DNA from: Eledone cirrhosa
Taxonomy: Eukaryota
Length of the DNA stretch: 64,000 nucleotides
NCBI GenBank assembly: GCA_964016885.1
Contig: OZ024755.1
Location: 2,542,001 to 2,606,000, forward strand
Direction of reading: 5' to 3'
Position 1 is the first letter of the stretch, and every line of letters begins with the position of its first letter. Made by a program: the position numbers and the translations under genes. The notes beneath the pieces were generated by a model, which was not told the DNA's origin, did not search any database, and saw only the letters and a program-made list of their open reading frames with translations. Below, piece by piece: positions 55,260-64,000 of this stretch.

Positions 55260-56146
55260 ATCATAATAATATATATATATACATATACACATACACATAT
55301 ACACACATTATATATATAGGAACGCACAGACATATTTGTTCAGTGAGATCTAGTTAGAGATATCTCAGTTCTTTATACTTGCTATATGTTACTAGTAACA
55401 CTATATTTCTTCTGTTACTAGTAAATACTGGTTTTACACGAAATCAACTATAAAATTCTCTTTTATAAATTTTACATTTTGTACGAAAGTAAGAAATATG
55501 AAGCGTTCAGTCTTTCATGCTTTAAATACTATCCATAAATTGCAGTTTTCGTTTGAAAACTTTACATATATTTCTCACTTGGTAATGAATTTCCAGCTAC
55601 CTATAGAAATAGCGCTCTATCCCTGAATGATTTTGTTTACATGTCTGGCTCTATGTTCGTATATATATGTGTGCGAATGTTCGTGGAAAATATAATTAAT
55701 GCTTGACCGATTTCGAGATGTCTCAATATATAATTTCAGTTTTTCCGTTTCCTCTTTACGTTGATCGAAAGTGTTGAACCAATATATTTTTCGAAGTTTA
55801 ACCTCCAATGAATTCTAGTGAGCTTTGAAAAGATCAAATTCCGAAAGCGGAACTTCAAGTGTTTTATGGGGTTATGGATTTTATTTGTAGAATTATACAA
55901 CATTTCTATGAATTCTATGTTGAGAATTCAATAACTGTATGGCCAGAAATTATGTGACCAGGAAATTAACGAACAGGGAATTTGAGATTAAAGAAAAGAG
56001 TAGAAGTGATCAAGAACATAGAGAAGAATATGTAAAAATGAACGACATTTGAATGACATTAAAGGTGTAAACAAGAAGTGTGCGTATATACACAGGCTTA
56101 GACACACACTATTTCGTTTACATATATATAGTAAAGGGTGTGAAAG

Positions 56147-56239
56147 CGCATATCTGAAGAACTTTCGATTCTAGAGTCTGGAACGGACATAATCGATCGT
56201 TCCTCGAGCTGATCGGCAGTGAAATATATTACATATGTG
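56147..56239 (+). ncRNA. Degenerate hammerhead candidate with extended stem II
   Basis: CGCATAT-CTGAAGA-ACT...GGAACG..CGTTCC...AGT-GAAA-tatatt-AC-ATATGTG; 7-bp stem I, but position 16.1 is A instead of U. Confidence 0.35.
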
Positions 56240-56303
56240 ATTAAATATGTATATGATGAAACACTGCTTCTTTGTTCCCTAATTACAATATAGATAGATA
56301 GAT

Positions 56304-56814
56304 ATGTTTCTTTATTAGCCACAGGGGCACAAAAGAAGGGGACAAATACAAAGGGGGAAGTTTACATACAATAAAAACGTGTAAAATACTATCACAAATG
56401 CAAATTAAAAATTAATCGATTTTCCCCAATAGGAGAAACATTTCATATGGGTAACACATACCCCCGAAAAAATGTACAACCCTCATCTCCAGGAGTACGA
56501 AGAGTTTGTACTCCTTTCCTCTCCTCCTCCTTTTCCTCAACCTACAGGCTGATATAGAGAGAAGGCCCATTCACTGGGGCCATTCTCGCCACTTTCACCC
56601 ACCTTTCATAAAACTTGCTGGAGTACAGCACCTCTCTCTCCATCCTGACTCTTCTTCCAAAGTGGTATTTGAAAAAAAGAATCAGTTGTTGGCCGGAGAA
56701 AAAGATGTCTGACCTCAGCCCTTTCAACCTCGTCCACCATACAACCTCTTTCGCCATAGCTATCACACAAAGGAAAACCGCCTCTCCTTCGTTTTCGAAG
56801 GAGGGTGGCGGTTT
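56304..56814 (-). mobile_element. Tx1/L1-type LINE 3' fragment in a (GATA)n tract
   Basis: FLCVIAMAKEVVWWTRLKG...FFKYHFGRRVRMERE..F.ERW, stop at 56542, 3' UTR ending CTAATAAAGAAACA; (GATA)n on both flanks. Confidence 0.7.
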
Positions 56815-57043
56815 GATAGATAGATAGATATGTGTGTATGTAATGTGTGTATGAACAAGAGAAATCCACTGTGGTTAGGCTTCTCCTGTTTGGAGTCTAT
56901 GACTTTACTTTAACGATTGCATAGACTATGTCTTATAAGTTTATTATTTCCTAATGTGTGTCTATATATATATTATTATTATTATTATTATCATTATTAT
57001 TACTATATATATATAAATATATAAACATATATATATATTACAT

Positions 57044-57128
<85 letters not shown>

Positions 57129-57313
57129 ACATATATATATATATATGTGTGTGTGTCTGAGTGTTTTGTGTATATATGTGTTTTTGTTTTATGCCAACAT
57201 GTATGTGTGTGTGTGTGTACCTGCATGGTGGATTATGAGATAATGTGTGCTTGTAAGTGCATGTGTTTTTTGTGTGTGTTTGTGTGAGTGCGTGTATGTT
57301 TGAGAGAAAAATT

Positions 57314-57364
<51 letters not shown>

Positions 57365-57428
57365 CCGTGAAGGTTGCATTTTTCACGGTACGTCAATATT
57401 TATTTATAAAACTAATCTATATTATATT

Positions 57429-57484
57429 TTATCTGATGAAAGCGCACCATAATCTGCCTTGGTGGCCCTTGAAATATGTATAAT
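57429..57484 (+). ncRNA. Degenerate hammerhead candidate
   Basis: CTGATGA-AAGcgCACCA taatctgcct TGGTGgccCTT-GAAA-tatgta; lies in a unique island between (TA)n tracts; stem I register is imperfect. Confidence 0.4.
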
Positions 57485-57521
57485 GAAATAAATATGGTTT
57501 TATAAATATAGTTTCCATTTG

Positions 57522-57581
<60 letters not shown>

Positions 57582-57586
<5 letters not shown>

Positions 57587-57606
57587 CCGATTCAACCCGG
57601 AATAAC

Positions 57607-57609
<3 letters not shown>
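57582..57609 (+). mobile_element. Family A extreme 3' fragment
   Basis: TACCTCCGATTCAACCCGGAATAACGTA is identical to 51252-51279 and is isolated in (TA)n. Confidence 0.75.
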
Positions 57610-57649
<40 letters not shown>

Positions 57650-58517
57650 TATATATATATAAATTTAATTTCGTTTCGTTATTTGTTTTTATATATATAT
57701 ATATTTATATATATATATATCCATACATATATATATATATATTTATACATATATAAAAAAAAAATATTATAAAAAGTATTTCTACTAGTATAATTCGGAA
57801 GTGTGCCCAACAACGAAGAATGTGTTTTCTCCATTGTTGGTCTGACTTTCAATACAAACTAACACCGAGTTATATTCTTCTTTAGTTGTAGAAAACTAAA
57901 CTACAAAACCCAAATATGTAATAAAATAAAAACTATAACAAATTGAATAACAAAGGAAGAAAAATATAGAATATAAAAAATCAGCGCCATTCATCTAACA
58001 CTATGAAAATATTGCCAGCCAAGCGAGGCAGCCATTTTAGCTCTTCTTTCTTTATTATAGTTATTGATTTCGTTATTGAGTCCCTTATTGGCATAGGTAG
58101 TAGTAGTAGTGGTAGTAGTGGTGGTGTTAATGGTAGTGGTAGTAGTAGTAGTTGGTGGTAGTGGTGCTGGTGGTAGTGGTGGTGGTAGTGGTGGTTATGC
58201 TGGTGGTGGTAGTAGTAGTAATAGTAGTTGGTGGTGCTGGTGGCAGTGGTGGTGGTGGTAGTGGTGGTAGTAGTAATGGTAGTGGTGGTGGGGAGGGGGG
58301 GGGGGTCGGGGGTAGTTGTAGAAGTAGCTCTTGTTGTGGTGGTAGTAGTGGTGATGGTGGTAGTGGTGTTGGTGTTAATAGTAGTAGTAGTAGTTGTAGT
58401 AGAGGTAGTTTTGGTAGTGGTGGTGGTGCTGGTTGTTGTGGTAGTTTTAATAGTGGTAGTGGTGGAAGTAGTAGTAGTAGTAGTAGGAGGAGGAGGAGGA
58501 GAAGAAGGAGCCCACAA

Positions 58518-58579
<62 letters not shown>

Positions 58580-58656
58580 CTGGTGGTAGTATAATAGTTG
58601 TTGTAGTGTTAGTGGTGGTGGTGGTGTTGTTAGTGTTAGTAGTAGTTGTAGTAGTA

Positions 58657-58765
<109 letters not shown>

Positions 58766-59016
58766 CAATAGTATCATTAAAGTGATTATTATTGCTATTA
58801 TTGTTGTTGTTGTTTTGCTATTGTTATTTATTTCGACTATATTTCCATTTCTATTACTTCATGCCGGCCTTTCATTTTTCTGTATTAATATTCTACCAGA
58901 TATTTCGTTAGAAAAACACACACAAAACACATATAAAATACATCAAAACAATTATACAAGCAACATATCCTAATATGTATTTATTATTTATTTACATGTT
59001 AGGGAGGGGCGGTGTT

Positions 59017-59232
59017 AGGGGGGGGCAATAGAATCAGTAGAGCGTTGGACAAGATGATTTGTGGCATAGAGTCACGGCCCTTTACTTTCTGAGTTTAAAT
59101 CCCACCGAGGTTAAGTTTTTGCCTTTTATCCTTACGGGGGTCGATAAAATAAAGTACCAGTAATGTACTGGGGTCGATTTAATCGACTTTCTCCTCTCCT
59201 CAAATTTCTAACCTGGCACCTATAGTAGAAAC
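59017..59232 (+). mobile_element. SINE family 1
   Basis: Full-length match. Confidence 0.85.
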
Positions 59233-59239
59233 CCGTATT

Positions 59240-59385
59240 TATTTACGTTTTGTTTATTATTTATTTACATGTTTTATTTATTTTTTATTATTTATTTACA
59301 TGTTTTGTTTATTATTTATTTACATGTTTTATTTATTATTTATTTACATGTTTTATTTGTTATTTATTTACATGTTTTATTGTGT
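59240..59385. repeat. 24-bp AT-rich tandem repeat
   Basis: TTATTTACATGTTTTATTTATTAT repeated about 5 times. Confidence 0.85.
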
Positions 59386-60018
59386 TTGTTTGTTGTATTC
59401 CGTCCAACCCCGAAAAGAATAAAATCCCGTCAAACATCCGGGCTTTTCCTATTCAGGTTTTTCGACGTTCCTGTATTATTATATTACTAAGTTAACACTT
59501 GTTGCTAGAGATGGTGGTGGTGGTGGTGGTGGTATTGGTGGCGGTGGAGGGCCTGGGTGATATTGGTGGTGGTGGGCTATTTGTGGGGGGGCCGCTAATG
59601 GTGGTGGTGATGGCAGTAGTGGTGTTGGTAGTGGAGGCGGCGGCACTGGTGGTAGTAGTTAGTGGTGGTGGCACTGGTGGTGGTGGTGTTTTCATTGTTG
59701 CTGCTGCCATTGTTGGTGCTTTTTGCTTGTGGGTGCAGCTGTGGGTAGGGGCGGGTGTTTTGTTGATGTTGTTGTTGTTGCTTTTAATGTTGTGTCAGCG
59801 TGTTTGTTCGTTGTTTTTTTTTGGGGGGGGGGGGGATCACTATTCTCTTGTTGTTGTTGTTGTTGTTGTGTGTGTATCTTTCTCCTTTAGACCCTTCCTC
59901 TTCAAATATTTGAGCTGACGAATGGAACTATGTGGAAATACACACACACACACCCACAAACCTGTACCTACACATACCTATACACGTACACATGCACACA
60001 TACATTTACATAAGATAA

Positions 60019-60293
60019 AGACACACACACACACTCACGTACACTCATATAGACGTACACACATAGACACACACACACACACTCACGTACACTCATACAG
60101 ACGTACACACATAGACACACACACACTCACGTACACTCATACAGACGTACACACATAGACACACACACTCACGTACACTCATACAGAAGTACACACATAG
60201 ACACACACACACTCACGTACACTCATACAGACGTACACACATAGACACACACACACTCACGTACACTCATACAGACGTACACACATAGACACA
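60019..60293. repeat. ~42-bp minisatellite
   Basis: (AC)nTCACGTACACTCATACAGACGTACACACATAG repeated 6 times. Confidence 0.9.
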
Positions 60294-60627
60294 TGAATAC
60301 AATGGAAACGACCCGAACTGGAACCAAATAAAAGAAATCACACCCACATCCATTACATGAGTATGAATATATAAATATAAATATATATATATGAATATAT
60401 AAATATAAATATATATATATGAATATATAAATATATATGTGTGCATATGTGTTTAATTATATATTAACTTTTGATAAATATATACATATATATATACTCA
60501 CGCAGGTATATATATATATATATATTAAGGAACGATCGACTTTCGTCAAATCGGACCGAGGGAACAATGTTTCCGTTGGTCTTTCCAATTGCTAATACTA
60601 TCTATCGGTCGCAACTCCAGGTAGAAA

Positions 60628-60743
60628 GAGTAACGTGAAATAAAGTGTCTTGTTCAAGGACATAATGCATCGCCAGGTCCAGGAATCGAACTCACAACCT
60701 TACGATTGCGAATCCAATTCTCTAAACACTCACCCACACGCCT
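60628..60743 (-). mobile_element. SINE family 2 head
   Basis: AGTAACGTGAAATAAAGTGTCTTGTTCAAGGA..GGAATCGAACTC. Confidence 0.75.
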
Positions 60744-60750
60744 TCACTTA

Positions 60751-60783
<33 letters not shown>

Positions 60784-60887
60784 ATATATATATATAATAT
60801 ATATATATATATATGTATATACATATATATAAGAAAATGATTTTTTTTTTTAATGAAAAAGAACGAGATGTCCTACACGAGTGAAAG

Positions 60888-61234
<347 letters not shown>

Positions 61235-62039
61235 TATACACATATATATATTCTTAGTCCTCATCGTATCAACACTCGGTGGATAAAAATTACAAACCAC
61301 TCTTATTTGATTTGAACGCTTATTATACTGGAATGAGACTTAAATCAATGGAGAATGAAGTATTTCCAATTTCGGTTTTTACCAATATATAGAATTAAAA
61401 TAATGGTTTCTAATATTGCTAAGCAGTTATCGTATTTGAACGACGTCAATTCATTTTAAAAAAATTTTAATTCCCAGAGCTGGAAATAAACCATCTATTC
61501 TCTTTGTCTTTTACTTTCCTGACGATCGAAAATGTTTGCTAAGAACAAGGAAAGAAAAACGTGGGTTAGTAAAATGTTCTCTCGTTTGCCTCAAGTCAAA
61601 ATCGTTTGGAGAGTTGGTAGTCAATTAAATTGAACCCTGTAGTTAATTGACAATTATTTCATCCTCTCATGAAATATATATCTACACAGACACACACATA
61701 TATATATATATATAGAAAGAGAGAGAGAGAGAGAAGATATATATATACATATGTGTGTGTGTGTATGTGTTTGTATATTTGTATGTATATGTGTGCTTAT
61801 ATATATGTTTATATATATACGTATATATGTAAGTATATATATATTATTGATACATATATAAACAGACGTATATATAATCATCATCATCATAACCATCGAC
61901 GTCATGATTATCAACCATTATCTTCTTCTTCCTTTCTATCTTAGATAAGAAGAGAGAAAGAGAGAAAGGGAGAGAGAAATACTACATAAATGTAATACAA
62001 CAGAACCAAGAAAGAATTGGGATAAAATAGCTGAAAACA

Positions 62040-63240
62040 AAGAGATACTTATTAAATCGCAGAGAATCAGTTGCTATGATCAACGCCAATAATTCTTTAT
62101 ACCAAGTAAACAGTTTGACTCCAACCAAAAATGATTTCACTAAGAAGTATGTAAAAATATAATGAAAATGTTTACTTCCAACCTAAAACGATTTTACGAA
62201 GAAGTCGGTAAAAATAGAATTGTAATGTTTGACTCCAACCTAAAAAGATTTTAACAACCAACAAATACAATAGAAATAAATTAGTATAGTTAATACTAAA
62301 CATTGTGAGATATGTAATATATAACCGATAAGTTAAAGAATGTCACATTCGTTTTACATTTGAAAAGGGAGTTTTAGCCCTGAAATATTACGTTGAAATA
62401 TGTTGGGTAAAACATAACTTTATTTTGTTTTATTCATCCTTTGCCCTTTATGTATTTCCACCGCAATGTACCTGATTTTCGACACTTATCATATAGAAAT
62501 TGGAAAGGTTTAACTTCAACCTAACATTATTCTACCAAGAAGTTGGTAAAAATAAAATAAAGCTGAATGTGGCACCACCAACCAGAGAATTTGGAGAGTT
62601 TAGTAGGAAACTAAAATATCATCAGGTGAAATAAACTAACAAAACAAACGAAATAGCATCTGAACAATTGTAGGAGGCCATAGCAACAGACGAAGTGGCT
62701 CACATCCTGAAGAAATCAAACAACTCTAAGGTACTAGAGTATGATAAAATCTCAAATTTCTGCATAGAATTGTAAACAAACACACATTAACTGCTAACAT
62801 TGAAGTTTTATGAGATACTATCAACGACGCCAGAGGCAACATTCTCAAGGCCAGAAGATAAAAGAAACCCTTCTAAATGACTGTAAGCCTATAACATACC
62901 TTCTTGCAATCTAAGAAGACTTAACTGCAATAAAATGACAGACACTGAATAAATATTTGAAAAAAAAGAAGCTGTTTGCAGAAGAGCAGAAAGGATGTTG
63001 CAAAGTCCTACATGGATGAAAATTTCAATTACTGCTCAACAAAGCCGTAACGGTAGACTGTGGGGGAAGGAAAGGTTTTAGTGTGACATTGATTGACTAC
63101 CAGAAGGTGTTTGACAGTATTCCCTACACGGATATCATAGAGACAGTAGCGTGAGTACGGTAGCATCTATGATATGAAAATACTTGAAATATATGCTGAG
63201 TAAATAATGAATTACCTTACAGATACAGAGAGAAGAGAAG
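62040..63240 (+). mobile_element. Decayed R4/Dong-clade non-LTR reverse transcriptase
   Basis: Remnants MFTSNLKRFYEEVGK, TDEVAHILKKSNNSK..DKISNF, EEQKGCCK..G*KFQLLLNKAV...IDYQKVFDSIP, with many stops and frameshifts. Confidence 0.75.
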
Positions 63241-63254
63241 CTGATATAGATACG

Positions 63255-63286
<32 letters not shown>

Positions 63287-63355
63287 TTCGTGAGTTTTCT
63301 ATCGAAAAATAATAACATTCGATTCGTTTATATGTATATAAACATTTCTCTCTCT

Positions 63356-63405
<50 letters not shown>

Positions 63406-63672
63406 AATAGAGAATGAGGAAGGAAGGAAGAGAGGTGTCTAGGACGGCTCATCTCAACATATCCAGTCGGCTGATAGCTACCACTAACATCCACTAACTC
63501 ACAGTCCTGACATAGAGTGATCTCAAATATTTACACTGTTTTTCTATTGATTCATTTTTTTCCTTTTGTTTTGTTAGCTAAAACTTGTAAACAAATACTC
63601 AAACAGACACTTATAGCTATATACAGTTCAATGTATGTGTGGGTGGGTGTATCTCTCTATGTATGTATGTAC

Positions 63673-63719
<47 letters not shown>

Positions 63720-63810
63720 CTTACATGCATTCAGAAGAATAAGTCAGATATATATATTGTTGGAAACAAAGAGATGAGGGAGAACGTGAGGAAGAAAATA
63801 TATAGCTGGG

Positions 63811-63934
<124 letters not shown>

Positions 63935-64000
63935 GTACCACAATGATAGATTGAAGTGAAATAGCATTGACAATACTGTAGCTGAAATATCTATAAATAT

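Noticed and set aside
61514-61554. CTTTC-CTGACGA-TC-GAAA...GAAAG
   Set aside because: No stem II and no UH cleavage site.

Overview
AT-rich eukaryotic non-coding DNA (intergenic or deep intron) saturated with microsatellites. The dominant tRNA-derived SINE and a Tx1-type 3' tail resemble octopod cephalopod repeats as I recall them, so an octopus-like genome is likely; this is not verified by search. No intact cellular gene is supported, and nearly all long ORFs are translated microsatellites. The window holds about 20 SINE copies and decayed fragments of RTE, CRE, Tx1, R4/Dong, Penelope-like (PLE), pogo and Tc1/mariner elements. The most interesting signal is a set of short elements embedded in (TA)n tracts that carry type I hammerhead ribozyme (HHR) motifs. 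One family has at least 5 copies, covarying stem I, a 178-nt cleavage-site-to-cleavage-site monomer at 35758-35935, and recurrent fold-back copies, so it looks like a retrozyme. Several unrelated minimal HHR families also occur, one with a U3-A8 core. A recurring 'inverted 5' part + sense 3' part' architecture appears across different retroelement families, with ends that look primed by microsatellites.
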